DNA of 64,000 nt from a virus (taxonomy: Duplodnaviria > Heunggongvirae > Uroviricota > Caudoviricetes), in the IMG/VR virus record IMGVR_UViG_3300038603_000024, positions 1 to 64,000 of that record, one strand, 5' to 3'. Of the stretch, positions 8,523 to 17,685 are shown piece by piece. Positions within the stretch are counted from its first letter, which is position 1. Every line of letters starts with the position of its first letter. A model generated the notes under the pieces. That model was not told the DNA's origin. It worked only from the letters and a program-made list of their open reading frames with translations, and searched no databases. The position numbers and the translations under genes are program-made.

Positions 8523-9698
8523 CTAGAACCACTCTGTAAGTCTGTCTTTTTGCCCCTCGTGCGGGCAGTGAATAAATGCTTCAACCGCTTGCCGGTTAAC
8601 GTAGCCCTTCTCCATATGCCAGCTATCAGGCGAACTGGGGGACCGGATGTATTCAGCAACCATACCCTGACCCTCAACGCGCGCCGCCCCAAAGCTAACT
8701 TGAGTGAATGCCGTGTGATCTTTCTCGGACTGAAAAACATCAATGCCACGCAGCTTGCGGATTTTATGGTGAAAATGGTGAAGGTACGCATAAAGCAAAT
8801 CACATTGACCCACAAGATTCTTGCCCTGCTTCAGGAATAGGCTAGTAAGGCTTTCCTCTTTTGCCCCGTCACCGTGGGATAGCAGCAAGCCATTGCGACC
8901 GTAGCCGTAAAACTTTAGGTGTTTTTCTGACAGATTGTACGGAGTGGCGCGCACATTATCATGGTTTTTCACAGATGCAGCAATGGTTTGAGAGAGTGCC
9001 CAGCCAGAGCGCCAATCGTGGTTTGACATGCAGTGAAGCAGATCGACTTCAGCAAGTTCAGCACACTGCAGGATGGCATCAATGGAGGCGTGTTGTGCGG
9101 CCCGCCATGCGTTAAAATACGTCCCGTCCGTATCCTGTGGCGTTCCAGACGTGGTGGACTTCCCGTTATCCGTATGCAGGATGTCGTTCCCCATGACAAA
9201 CAGAATGCGCCCCACATCGTCAGAACGGCGCAGTAGCTCCCTCGTGCCCTCAATGACGCGGTGTCGGGCTGCCTCTACATTATAGTCATACCCTGTCTCT
9301 TCCGGCGTACACAGCTTGCCAAAGTGAACGTCTGCCAGATCCAAGACCATCAGCTTATCACCCTTGGCCCCGGTATTGACGCGAGGTGCGAAAAGCTTTC
9401 GGTCTAGCGGCTGGTAATCTTCTAGCGCGCTAATCAGCTTAGCCGCCATATCCTCAAAGTCTTTGCTTTTAGGCCGCAACTGGATGCTGTAGTTCTCATC
9501 CTTAATCCAGATCGTATCAGGCTCCATACCCGTTCCGACATGGTTCATCGCGGCCTGAATAGCAGGATCTTGCGCCGAAGCAGCTAGTCTCGACTTAACC
9601 TGTCGCTTGGTAAGCCCCATTTCTTCGGCAATCTCTGCGCGCGACAAGCCCTCAGCTTTAAGCCGTGCCGCTGTAATCTGTTCTTGTTTGATATCCAA
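8523..9698 (-). CDS. HTH-domain / metallophosphoesterase-domain fusion protein.
   Basis: The N-terminus GLSRAEIAEEMGLTKRQV is a sigma-4/LuxR-like HTH. Metallophosphoesterase-like motifs DLADVHFG, MGNDILHTDN, SNHDW and HHFHH follow. Confidence 0.55.
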   Translation of the reverse strand: MDIKQEQITAARLKAEGLSRAEIAEEMGLTKRQVKSRLAASAQDPAIQAAMNHVGTGMEPDTIWIKDENYSIQLRPKSKDFEDMAAKLISALEDYQPLDRKLFAPRVNTGAKGDKLMVLDLADVHFGKLCTPEETGYDYNVEAARHRVIEGTRELLRRSDDVGRILFVMGNDILHTDNGKSTTSGTPQDTDGTYFNAWRAAQHASIDAILQCAELAEVDLLHCMSNHDWRSGWALSQTIAASVKNHDNVRATPYNLSEKHLKFYGYGRNGLLLSHGDGAKEESLTSLFLKQGKNLVGQCDLLYAYLHHFHHKIRKLRGIDVFQSEKDHTAFTQVSFGAARVEGQGMVAEYIRSPSSPDSWHMEKGYVNRQAVEAFIHCPHEGQKDRLTEWF

Positions 9699-9758
9699 AG
9701 CAAACCTCCTACGTCTACACCAAAGGTTGTAGCACGATTGGCTTGCCCCGTAAACAGA

Positions 9759-10049
9759 TTAGGTCGCTGGTGGACCTACGTATTGGAAGGTGTCACCGCC
9801 GCTAACAATGCAGCTCACCCCATCCTCAACATAGGTGATAAGGACCGCCCAATAGCCGGTGATCTCATTGGCCCACTGTTCAACGTAGAAGTTCTTTTCC
9901 TTGCCAACGGTAACGCGATACATCCCAACGTCCTTCATGGCATTGTAGAACCCAGCGGATGAGCCGCAGTTATCAGGTAGCTCATTAGCATTGGCTGGGC
10001 TTGATACGATGAATAGCGCGATAAGCGCGGGTGCGAAATACTTGAGCAT
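9759..10049 (-). CDS. Small secreted protein (96 aa) with a signal peptide.
   Basis: N-terminus MLKYFAPALIALFIVSSPANA is a hydrophobic signal with an AxA cleavage site. Confidence 0.5.
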   Translation of the reverse strand: MLKYFAPALIALFIVSSPANANELPDNCGSSAGFYNAMKDVGMYRVTVGKEKNFYVEQWANEITGYWAVLITYVEDGVSCIVSGGDTFQYVGPPAT

Positions 10050-10143
10050 AACTGCCCTCCGTGTGTGGATACAGAGCGCAGGATTACGCCCGATGCCACT
10101 ATATCACAAAAGTGCAATTGTTCATAATCGGACAAGGAAAGTA

Positions 10144-10249
10144 GACCAACCGGGGATTGCAGACCGTGCATTTGACGACTAGGCCAAAGAGTGGGAACCG
10201 TCCTATCTCCGGCAATCTCTTACTTACTTGACGACAGCCGGTTGGTCTT
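10144..10249. promoter_or_regulatory. 11-bp inverted repeat AGACCAACCGG / CCGGTTGGTCT with an 84-nt spacer, 95-200 nt upstream of the 10049 start. Candidate operator or structured leader.
   Basis: Exact reverse-complement match found by eye. Flanking direct repeats TTGACGAC. Confidence 0.3.
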
Positions 10250-10460
10250 AGTACACGAAACCCGAAGGCTCGGAATCGTCAGGCAAGCCCGACCAGTTGA
10301 GCGTGGCGACCGGCGTATAGCCTAGCCCCGTGCCATTGGCAAAAACCACGCTCATGTGGTGATACAGGTTCGCATATCGGCGGCTTTGATGGCATCTCCG
10401 CACTATTGCCGATATAGGGGTGGAAACGCGCAACCTAAATGCAACCCCGCTCTGTATCAC

Positions 10461-10507
10461 CACAAAAGAGTGGACATCCCGCTTACCAGATACGGGGACA
10501 CTCTTAC
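10461..10507 (-). terminator. Terminator-like hairpin on the minus strand (GAGTG-TCCCCG...CGGGA-CACTC followed by TTTTGTGG) inside the long non-coding region.
   Basis: Imperfect stem of about 10 bp followed by a T-run on the minus strand. It sits 470 nt downstream of the SPFH gene stop. Confidence 0.3.
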
Positions 10508-10978
10508 GCGGTGCCAGTGCTCGTCGCGGTGCATTCAAGGTCGGTCCCGGATATAGGTGTCCGCGCCGCCAATTCATCGCAGAAAAGAACACACAAGTTC
10601 TGCGATATAGAACGCCGCGAGACAACTGCTGCACGTTCTAACTGTTGATCGTGGCGTAGTTCCGACTTAACGGCTTTGTGGCCTGACCCACCAGATTTTC
10701 GAGTTTGCACCCCGTCACTGGTTTACTACTCACCGCTTTGGCCACGATCATGAGGTGTGACTGCCTTATGCTAGTATTCGGCAATGACTTACGATTTCCA
10801 ACTAGCGATTGGTTCTTGTCGTCTATGTCACACCACAAAATAGCGGTTTAGCGCAGGGATCGCACACTTATGTGACGGCTTTTGCGACCCTATCCCGGCC
10901 AAGGGAAACACCGCTGCGCTATGTCTTGCCTACCACGCCATTTCAGGTAGCACAATAGGCAAATTTCAAAACCCGCGA

Positions 10979-11947
10979 TTACTTTACGCTCATCAAAACG
11001 TCAGTATCTTGACCCATCATAGTCTGGGGCAACTGCCCATTCCAGCGCTGGGCGCGGGTGTACTCAATGAACAGAGGGTTAGCAGCCAGAGCCTTTTCAA
11101 CATCACGGATGCCCTGAGCCTCAGCAGCTTTGCGCAATCGTGTTGCGTCAGCTTCTGCTTCAGCCTCTGTTCGCACCTTGTATGCGTTACCGTCGGCTTG
11201 GGCCTTCAGGGCGTCACGCTGGGCTTCTGCGGTCTGCACGGTTTGCAAGGATTCCAGCCGCTGCCGTTCAAGGTTGTACTGTTCGCGCGCGGCGTTTTCG
11301 CGGGCCTGCTCTTTTTCAAGGACAGACTTCATGTAAACCTCTGGCAGGGCTACATTCTCGATCTGTGGACTGTTGACCGATACAGGATACCCAGCCATCA
11401 GATCTGTCAGAATAGCCAGAACCTCAGCCGTTGCTGCCTGTCGATCACGGATCAGCTCATCAGCATTGAACTTGCCGATTGCAGCCTTTGCAGCTTCACG
11501 CAGCTTGGGATCAAGAATGCGCTCCTGAAACTGCCCCAGAGAGCCGTACTTCTTGTAAATATCCATCACCGCATCCGCGCTTGCAGTCCAGTTGACAGAA
11601 ACGGTTGCAGTGACAGGAAGTTGGTTCTTGGTTGCTGCCGCCAGATCCTCAACGGTCTTGCGCTCACGGATTTCGATCTTGCGAACCCCATCAATAAATG
11701 GCGCTTTAAAGTGCAGTCCAGGGCCAACCTGATACTGCGCCTCACCGAAGCGTGTAACGACACCTCGCTCACCCTCCCCAACAGTGAAGAACGAAAACCC
11801 TAGAACAACAATACTACCAATACCAATGGCAATATCTCGAATGATTGCCCCTAGCCGAATATCTGATGTCACTTTTACATCGCCATAACGATCCTTGCGG
11901 GTTTTTTCGTAAGTGTATCGTCCAGTATTCCGAATTTCTACAGCCAT
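10979..11947 (-). CDS. SPFH/band-7 (stomatin/prohibitin/HflKC-like) membrane protein.
   Basis: An N-terminal TM helix is followed by the band-7 core VVTRFGE...GPGLHFKAPFID and a long coiled-coil tail. Confidence 0.85.
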   Translation of the reverse strand: MAVEIRNTGRYTYEKTRKDRYGDVKVTSDIRLGAIIRDIAIGIGSIVVLGFSFFTVGEGERGVVTRFGEAQYQVGPGLHFKAPFIDGVRKIEIRERKTVEDLAAATKNQLPVTATVSVNWTASADAVMDIYKKYGSLGQFQERILDPKLREAAKAAIGKFNADELIRDRQAATAEVLAILTDLMAGYPVSVNSPQIENVALPEVYMKSVLEKEQARENAAREQYNLERQRLESLQTVQTAEAQRDALKAQADGNAYKVRTEAEAEADATRLRKAAEAQGIRDVEKALAANPLFIEYTRAQRWNGQLPQTMMGQDTDVLMSVK

Positions 11948-11956
11948 ATTTATCTC

Positions 11957-12106
11957 CTATTGTGTGTAGTAAATAGCCAAAGCCCACAGGGTAATGACAG
12001 CGATAATCCCGCAGACAGCGAACCAGAGACCAACAATCGGTCCGCCTTTGTCGCCATCAAGCCATTCATCAACGGCTTTCAGTTTCTTGGATAGTGGTGT
12101 TTCCAT
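11957..12106 (-). CDS. Small single-TM membrane protein (49 aa) immediately upstream of, and co-directional with, the SPFH gene. Possible NfeD-like partner.
   Basis: Hand-translated ORF METPLSKKLKAVDEWLDGDKGGPIVGLWFAVCGIIAVITLWALAIYYTQ with a strong AAGGAGAGG ribosome-binding site. It is below the track cutoff. Confidence 0.45.
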   Translation of the reverse strand: METPLSKKLKAVDEWLDGDKGGPIVGLWFAVCGIIAVITLWALAIYYTQ

Positions 12107-12572
12107 ATTTCCTCTCCTTATCCTGCTATCAACATATACGTGTAGCGCATGGTGTCAAGGGGGGATGGTGGGGTCGAGTGGTATAAGAAAATGTTATATG
12201 CCCTAGCCAGAGCTATAAGCTTAACTTATTTGACTTCCGGTTCACTATGCTATAAAAAGAAAAAAGGCCCGCAGCGCTACAACGCTCGGAAGGTAAAGCG
12301 CCAGGATTACAGCCTACGTTGGGATTTGACCTCCAATATGGCGGATTTTGGTTGACCAGCCTAGAAAATGGTCAGGCAGGCGTCAGGAAACCGGCGGGGC
12401 GAGAGCCAAAGGTAAACTAGTACTGGGCGAAAGCTGGGCGTGGTCTGCCCCCCGTGGATAGGATAGGTAGGTATCTCCACGGCAGGAAAAGGGATCAGTA
12501 TACCCAGAGTAAGGCTTGACCAATCCTCTGGCATGGTGCAGTTTGCATGAAGTAAAGAATAGGAGAGACCGA

Positions 12573-13871
12573 ATGACTAATGGTGAAATTTACGTCGGTG
12601 ATGAGCTGGTGTCCCATACCGGACGCCGTAAGCTGAGCGATATCGTTGCAGAGTATGAAGAGCGGCTTTCTAGGATTGATGATGAGTTTGAGGAATTCGA
12701 GCGGGCGCAGACAGCACTGAAAGCGGCTTGTTGTGTGTCGGGCGTGTGGCCCTACGGAAACCTTGATGTGGGCCACGTGGGTAAGCGTCAGATGAAGGAA
12801 TTTCTTCTGAGGTCCGCTTGGCGTTGCGCATATAAGGAGTACAATCTTGAGTACCTTGCAAGCGCATCCGATAAGAGTAAAATTGAGCGCATGATGGAAG
12901 ATCCGCCAGAGTTCAATATGATGAATCTCTATGAGTGGTTTGGTGATCTTGCACAGAACCCTCGTGCGTCAATCTTGCGCGGATTAGCTGAGGTGTTCGC
13001 GGATCTTGACCCGGCATTCAAATCCCATGAAAAAATGAAAGTCGGCGTCAAGGGGCTTCCCAAGCGCGTCATCCTGTCCAATGTCGGAGATTACGGGTGG
13101 GGCCGTGATAGGCTCTTGTCAATCTTGAACTCTATTGCGGCAATCAAGGGAGAGAAGCTGGCGGACTATAAGGAAACAAATGACATTTTGGATAATGGCG
13201 ACTGTTTGCGGGATACGCGAGGCGTTTGGCTGAAGCGTTTTGCAAACGGCAATGGGCACTTGTTCTTTTCACCTGATACGCTGAAGGCTGTGAACTTGGG
13301 GCTGGCGGAATATTATGGGGATGTCCTGCCTGATTGCCCTGAGGCGCGCCCTGCCAAGAAGGCCAGCACCGAAGTAGCTAAGGATCTGCAATATTTCCCA
13401 ACGCCTAAGGCTGTGATTGATAGCGTTATGAATAACGCCTATTACATGAAAGGGAAGAAGGTTCTTGAGCCATCTTGCGGCTGTGGTCGTTTTCTTGAGG
13501 CGATTGCAGTAGAGGGTGGCGATGTGTTTGGCATTGAGTACGACTCGGGCCGAGCGGCTGAGGCGCGCGCGAAAGGCTTTAAAGTTCTTCAAGCTAACTT
13601 CTTGGAGGTCGCCCCGTCTCCCGACTTTGATATGGTTGTTATGAACCCGCCCTTTTATGGCCGTCACTATGCCAAGCATGTTCGTCACGCCCTTGAGTTT
13701 CTGAAGCCCGATGGAACGCTTTGGTCTGTGCTTCCGTCTACAGCTCGATATGATCATGGGGAACTTGATGACTTGAAACCATACTGGTACGATCTTCCTG
13801 TCGGGTCGTTCCGGGAAAGCGGCACTAATATCAGCACGTCGGTTGCAAGGATCCGCAAGAAGCAAACATAA
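12573..13871 (+). CDS. Orphan N6-adenine DNA methyltransferase with a roughly 280-aa N-terminal domain of unknown function.
   Basis: Motifs QYFPTP, VLEPSCGCGRFL (SAM motif I) and MNPPF (motif IV). I took the start at MTNGEIYV, which has an AGGAGAG ribosome-binding site. Confidence 0.8.
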   Translation: MTNGEIYVGDELVSHTGRRKLSDIVAEYEERLSRIDDEFEEFERAQTALKAACCVSGVWPYGNLDVGHVGKRQMKEFLLRSAWRCAYKEYNLEYLASASDKSKIERMMEDPPEFNMMNLYEWFGDLAQNPRASILRGLAEVFADLDPAFKSHEKMKVGVKGLPKRVILSNVGDYGWGRDRLLSILNSIAAIKGEKLADYKETNDILDNGDCLRDTRGVWLKRFANGNGHLFFSPDTLKAVNLGLAEYYGDVLPDCPEARPAKKASTEVAKDLQYFPTPKAVIDSVMNNAYYMKGKKVLEPSCGCGRFLEAIAVEGGDVFGIEYDSGRAAEARAKGFKVLQANFLEVAPSPDFDMVVMNPPFYGRHYAKHVRHALEFLKPDGTLWSVLPSTARYDHGELDDLKPYWYDLPVGSFRESGTNISTSVARIRKKQT

Positions 13872-13881
13872 GGACAGACCC

Positions 13882-14145
13882 ATGGATGAAGAGTTTAACG
13901 ATTTCCACCTCACCGATATGGACTACTTTGTTGCTGCTCTGGCTCAAGCACACTTCAGCGGTATGGATCTGATTGACGTGCTAAAAGCCGCTCAGGACAG
14001 CCGTAGCGCGCAGGCGTTTGACGCTAGGATTAACAGCCTGTCAGATCACGTGCCCGACGGTGGTATCCGGTGCGCAGAGGACTTTATTGCGGTGAAAGAG
14101 CTGCTGTCCACAATCCCCGGCCTTCTGCCAGAGGGTTTGGCTTAA
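13882..14145 (+). CDS. Hypothetical acidic protein (88 aa).
   Basis: ORF in the track. I took the internal start MDEEFNDF. Confidence 0.35.
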   Translation: MDEEFNDFHLTDMDYFVAALAQAHFSGMDLIDVLKAAQDSRSAQAFDARINSLSDHVPDGGIRCAEDFIAVKELLSTIPGLLPEGLA

Positions 14146-14322
14146 AAATACCGGCGGTGCGACCTTCTACAGTGTTCGCGCCCCATCACCCTTACAAACA
14201 GCGCCCACAGCGGCCTATGCTGGTTGTGGTAGGCGTGACTGCACCAAGAGACGTTTCGCCCTGTGGCGGCCCTATGTGAGAGCCTGGACAGGTTGCAAAT
14301 CACGTCCACTAGATGGTGCATC

Positions 14323-14709
14323 CTACTTTCTCCATCGTTTGACCGTTAAGGCTCCTGCGTCTGCGATAGTAATGGCTGGCACAAGAATCATTGCCATTTC
14401 GTTTATATGTGCCGGAACATTGTGAATTGTCAGTGACAGTCCTAGTAGCGGGTTGATAATGCTGACGATGTAGATAGCGGCCCACCAGATCCCCCACGGA
14501 ACCACGATGAGCCACCTGCCAAGGCTTGTGGCTGACCACCTGTCCTGCGCTTCGATCCTCGCAATGTCCTGTGCAGCCTGAAGCGCGGCAATGCGTTGCT
14601 CTGCCTCTAGCTTGGCTTCAGTCGTCTCCGCATTCAGCTTGGCTTGGTACGCCTCTTTAAGCTGTCGGGCGATGGGTCCGCCTAGGAAACTGAGGATCGC
14701 TTGCAGCAT
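14323..14709 (-). CDS. Lysis-associated membrane protein (N-terminal coiled coil, C-terminal TM segments).
   Basis: Last gene of the lysis cassette, ATGA-coupled to the holin-like gene. Confidence 0.4.
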   Translation of the reverse strand: MLQAILSFLGGPIARQLKEAYQAKLNAETTEAKLEAEQRIAALQAAQDIARIEAQDRWSATSLGRWLIVVPWGIWWAAIYIVSIINPLLGLSLTIHNVPAHINEMAMILVPAITIADAGALTVKRWRK

Positions 14710-14921
14710 TACTCTTTCTTCTCTTTAGCGGTCCAGCTTGCCCAGAAGCCCAGCACAGCCATCAGGAGGCCGACTACAGCGGGCCAGTTCTCAAGGGCGA
14801 TTAGCGACATCAGCAGGGCTGCAGGATCGTCCACAGCGGCTAGGATCGCCAGCATAGGGCCAAGGGCGGTCAGGAGGTGACGCAGCGCGCCTTGGACTTT
14901 AGGGTTGCGAAGTTTGCTCAT
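14709..14921 (-). CDS. Holin-like protein (70 aa, two TM domains).
   Basis: Its size and topology fit a class II holin. It overlaps the endolysin stop. Confidence 0.5.
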   Translation of the reverse strand: MSKLRNPKVQGALRHLLTALGPMLAILAAVDDPAALLMSLIALENWPAVVGLLMAVLGFWASWTAKEKKE

Positions 14922-15682
14922 TTGCTTAGCGCCTCTACAATTGCTTTGACCAGTTTAACCAGCCAGTGGTCATCGGGGTATGTTGTGTTGGCTAGGGCCT
15001 TGTCTGGCTCAGTCTCTGGACCGGGCGACGGTTTGTGCAGCGTGTCAATCGCCTGCCCGCGCTTCCACTCGGTGTCCTTGATCTTGGACCACTTGTTGTA
15101 AGCCTGCCTTAGCTTCACGTCGTACTTGTTCTTCTTGTATCCAGGGCCATTGTATCCCCGTGCAAAACCTGCCCAGTCGTGGCGGCGCAACTCATCATCC
15201 AGTCCAGCCGCAATGATGAACTTAACCATTGCCTCTAGCTGACTACCTTCGCTCTCAGTGAACGCCAGAACCATTTCCTCTGCCCGGTTATATTCGCACA
15301 TCGCAAAGTTCTCGCCCAAGATCTGACCTAGACCCCAAGAGGCAGACCGCAGAGCCGCTTCCTTGTTGATCTTCATAGCTCGCTCCAGGCGGGGGTAACT
15401 GTCTTTCGGGTAGTTCCGTTTCCAATTCCGGTAAGCAAGCCCCTGTGCGACCGCCTTGTCCCGCTCTGCGCCGCTAAGGTTGCGGTAGAAGACGTGTGGC
15501 TCAAACAGCATGGCTGGCCTGCCCTGACTGTCATATCCACTCCCGCGCGCCTCTACATCAAGCACAGCGTGGATTTCATCTTCCCCCACGCCAATGGTTG
15601 CGCCCAATCGGGGGAGGTCTGTATCTTTCAGCCTGATAGCTGTGCCCTTAAAGTTCATCGGTGGTCTACCTTCAATGTGCAA
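14918..15682 (-). CDS. Endolysin, N-acetylmuramidase (DUF3380 family).
   Basis: EARGSGYDSQGRPAMLFEPHVF matches the DUF3380 muramidase signature. Confidence 0.7.
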   Translation of the reverse strand: MHIEGRPPMNFKGTAIRLKDTDLPRLGATIGVGEDEIHAVLDVEARGSGYDSQGRPAMLFEPHVFYRNLSGAERDKAVAQGLAYRNWKRNYPKDSYPRLERAMKINKEAALRSASWGLGQILGENFAMCEYNRAEEMVLAFTESEGSQLEAMVKFIIAAGLDDELRRHDWAGFARGYNGPGYKKNKYDVKLRQAYNKWSKIKDTEWKRGQAIDTLHKPSPGPETEPDKALANTTYPDDHWLVKLVKAIVEALSK

Positions 15683-15788
15683 CTAGGAGCGCTGCAGTTT
15701 TTCCCGTTGTCTTGCGGCGCGAATGATGGGAGCACCCCGTGTGCTACTGCCGCGATTAAGGCTGATGTCATAAGCATTTTCACGGTGT

Positions 15789-16031
15789 TCATTTCCCAAA
15801 ACCTGCCCACTTTGAAATTTTCTCTAGAAGGGCGCTCACTTCGGTTGACCGAAAGAGAATAAAGAAGGCTATAATCGCAGCCCATGCCTTCAGGTTGGAT
15901 ACAAAAGCATGGATTGGCTTTACCAAAGGCCACATGAGATTCACGCGCTGCATATTGCGGTGGTACTCTTGCCATTCTGCCTCACTTTCTGGAGGCGTCT
16001 TCCGGTAGCTATTGAGGTCATTGTCAGCCAT
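15789..16031 (-). CDS. Small single-TM protein (80 aa).
   Basis: ORF in the track, overlapping the upstream gene end. Confidence 0.35.
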   Translation of the reverse strand: MADNDLNSYRKTPPESEAEWQEYHRNMQRVNLMWPLVKPIHAFVSNLKAWAAIIAFFILFRSTEVSALLEKISKWAGFGK

Positions 16032-16578
16032 TTGACATTACCTCCCGCGCATACTCCGCGCCACTCGTGTTGCTAGTGTTACGATTTTCTTTGTTAACCA
16101 CAGATCCACCAGCACGGAAAGCACTATTGCCCACCATGCCACGCCCTCTAGCGCTAAGTTCAGAAAGTCTGCCAATGAATTCATGCCGCAGCGACCACCC
16201 AATGAGAAGCATCGCGGCTATCAGCAGAATGTCGCCTGACATATATGGCAACGAACCAACCACACGCGGTGCATCAGTAACCCGTGCCCACAAGCCAGTT
16301 AATCCGTTCAAGGCCAAAAACGACCGAATAAACAAAATGTGTCGCCAGAACTGACTCTGGGTGGCGGTCACTCGCGGGATTGCGGATGCCGCCACTATCC
16401 AAGTAGCAGAAATTAGAAGGATGAGTAAGTCGCTGGATATGGGGAATGCGTCGTAAAACCTGATGGATACTAGCCCAGCCAGGATGATGAGTGCTGATCG
16501 AACAAAGTGGCCGTTCCCCAGCCAATAAGACAGAGCAGCCATCGAAACAGCAAGGCCCATGAGGAACGGCCAAACCAT
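16024..16578 (-). CDS. Multi-pass membrane protein (184 aa), possibly lysis-related.
   Basis: 4-5 hydrophobic helices, located upstream of the endolysin. Confidence 0.45.
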   Translation of the reverse strand: MVWPFLMGLAVSMAALSYWLGNGHFVRSALIILAGLVSIRFYDAFPISSDLLILLISATWIVAASAIPRVTATQSQFWRHILFIRSFLALNGLTGLWARVTDAPRVVGSLPYMSGDILLIAAMLLIGWSLRHEFIGRLSELSARGRGMVGNSAFRAGGSVVNKENRNTSNTSGAEYAREVMSNG

Positions 16579-16808
16579 TACTTGCCGCCCCCAGAGCGGG
16601 TGGAGATCTGACCGTCATCGCCCCACACTTTCAGAGGACCAGCCACTGATTCAGCAGCAGCCAGATGGCTAAGGACCATACTAGCCGTGTCACGCGCTTC
16701 ACATTGGTGTGTTGCGCAGCAGTGGTCACGGATTTGAATAACCGTGTTGATGACGTCCCGCAGTTTCTTCTGTGCGTCATCCATTTTGGCTTGGGTGATT
16801 TTGCTCAT
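16578..16808 (-). CDS. Hypothetical protein (76 aa).
   Basis: ORF in the track, coupled to the downstream gene. Confidence 0.35.
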   Translation of the reverse strand: MSKITQAKMDDAQKKLRDVINTVIQIRDHCCATHQCEARDTASMVLSHLAAAESVAGPLKVWGDDGQISTRSGGGK

Positions 16809-16913
16809 CCGAATTCCCTAAGTTCAAAGGTGGTAGTTAACAAGTTAAACAGTACCACAAAAGAAAAGCCCGATCCAGAGACCGGGCGATTCAATAGACA
16901 ATGCATAGGGGTT

Positions 16914-17126
16914 TTAGCCCTTATTGCGCATCATCATTTCGGAGGGTTGGGTGTACATGCCGCCCTTGTTGGATTCAATGGGGCCGGTTTTCATGCCCAT
17001 AGGGGTGCTGTAGCGGGAGCCGTCAGGTGCGCCAGTCATCATGCCGCCCATTTTCATGTCACCGCCTTTGTTACCCATGTCGGACTTCATGCCGCCCATC
17101 ATCTTGTCGCCGTAGTGCTTTGGCAT
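16914..17126 (-). CDS. Met/Gly-rich small protein (70 aa, about 21% Met) with repeated MGGM, MGNKGG and MGMK units.
   Basis: I took the start at MPKHYG, which has an AAAGGA ribosome-binding site. Composition counted by hand. Confidence 0.45.
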   Translation of the reverse strand: MPKHYGDKMMGGMKSDMGNKGGDMKMGGMMTGAPDGSRYSTPMGMKTGPIESNKGGMYTQPSEMMMRNKG

Positions 17127-17166
17127 CTTGTTGATCCTTTCGTGTGTTGTACAACAATACGAACAT

Positions 17167-17180
17167 CTTAACATGTTAAG
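17167..17180. promoter_or_regulatory. Palindromic motif CTTAACATGTTAAG, copy 1, upstream of the Met-rich and basic-protein genes.
   Basis: Exact 12-bp palindrome TTAACATGTTAA. One of at least five near-identical copies, all 5' of leftward virion transcription units. Confidence 0.45.
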
Positions 17181-17200
17181 CTTTAGGAATCTAGTCCGTG

Positions 17201-17353
17201 CTACTTACGCTTCTTAGCAGACTTAGCCGCCTGCTTAAACGCCTTGGCTGTCGGGTATCCCTTTTCGCCCGGTCGTTTGGGACGCTTACCTGCTTTGCGC
17301 CGAGAATGTATATTTTCGTAAAGCCCCGGCTTCTTCTTCGTGCTTTTAGCCAT
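17201..17353 (-). CDS. Lysine-rich basic miniprotein A (50 aa, MAKSTKKKPGLYENIHSRRKAGKRPKRPGEKGYP...KSAKKRK).
   Basis: Hand-translated, below the track cutoff. It is co-directional with three other basic miniproteins. Confidence 0.45.
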   Translation of the reverse strand: MAKSTKKKPGLYENIHSRRKAGKRPKRPGEKGYPTAKAFKQAAKSAKKRK

Positions 17354-17373
17354 CTGCTAAGTCCTTGATTTTG

Positions 17374-17685
17374 CTACCATTTCGTGACCGAAGACCAGTG
17401 CGCCGCGCTCATTTTGCCCTTTGCAATGTTCTTTGCATGGCGCGCTTTGAAGGAAGCCCGTCGCTTTTTAGCTGCTTCGCTCTCGCCTTTCTTGGGTGGA
17501 GACCCTTTGACGTTTTGTTGGCCGAAGCGGATCGTCTTGATTTTTGACCCTTCTTTTGCTACGACAACGTGCGACTTGGTGGGGTGGTTGGGGGTGCGCT
17601 TCGGTTTGTTCACGCCCTTAACCCCCGCCCGTTTAACTGCGGCCTTGGCTTTGGCAGCGACGGATTGCTTGCCCTTCTTAGCCAT
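17374..17685 (-). CDS. Lysine-rich basic miniprotein B (103 aa).
   Basis: ORF in the track with AKKAK-type repeats. Its start overlaps the stop of miniprotein C (TAATG). Confidence 0.5.
   Translation of the reverse strand: MAKKGKQSVAAKAKAAVKRAGVKGVNKPKRTPNHPTKSHVVVAKEGSKIKTIRFGQQNVKGSPPKKGESEAAKKRRASFKARHAKNIAKGKMSAAHWSSVTKW

Noticed and set aside
8318-8815. 165-aa minus-strand ORF overlapping the 3' end of the HTH-phosphoesterase gene.
   Set aside because: It is out of frame with a well-supported gene, and its translation has no features. It is probably spurious.
10248-10634. 128-aa minus-strand ORF inside the long intergenic region.
   Set aside because: It has an Arg-rich, low-complexity composition, no ribosome-binding site and no recognisable fold motifs. 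I treated the region as non-coding.
12529-12547. Sigma-54-like element TGGCAT-N7-TTTGCA upstream of the large methyltransferase gene.
   Set aside because: The spacing between the GG and GC dinucleotides is 14 nt rather than the required 10, so it does not fit the -24/-12 promoter geometry.
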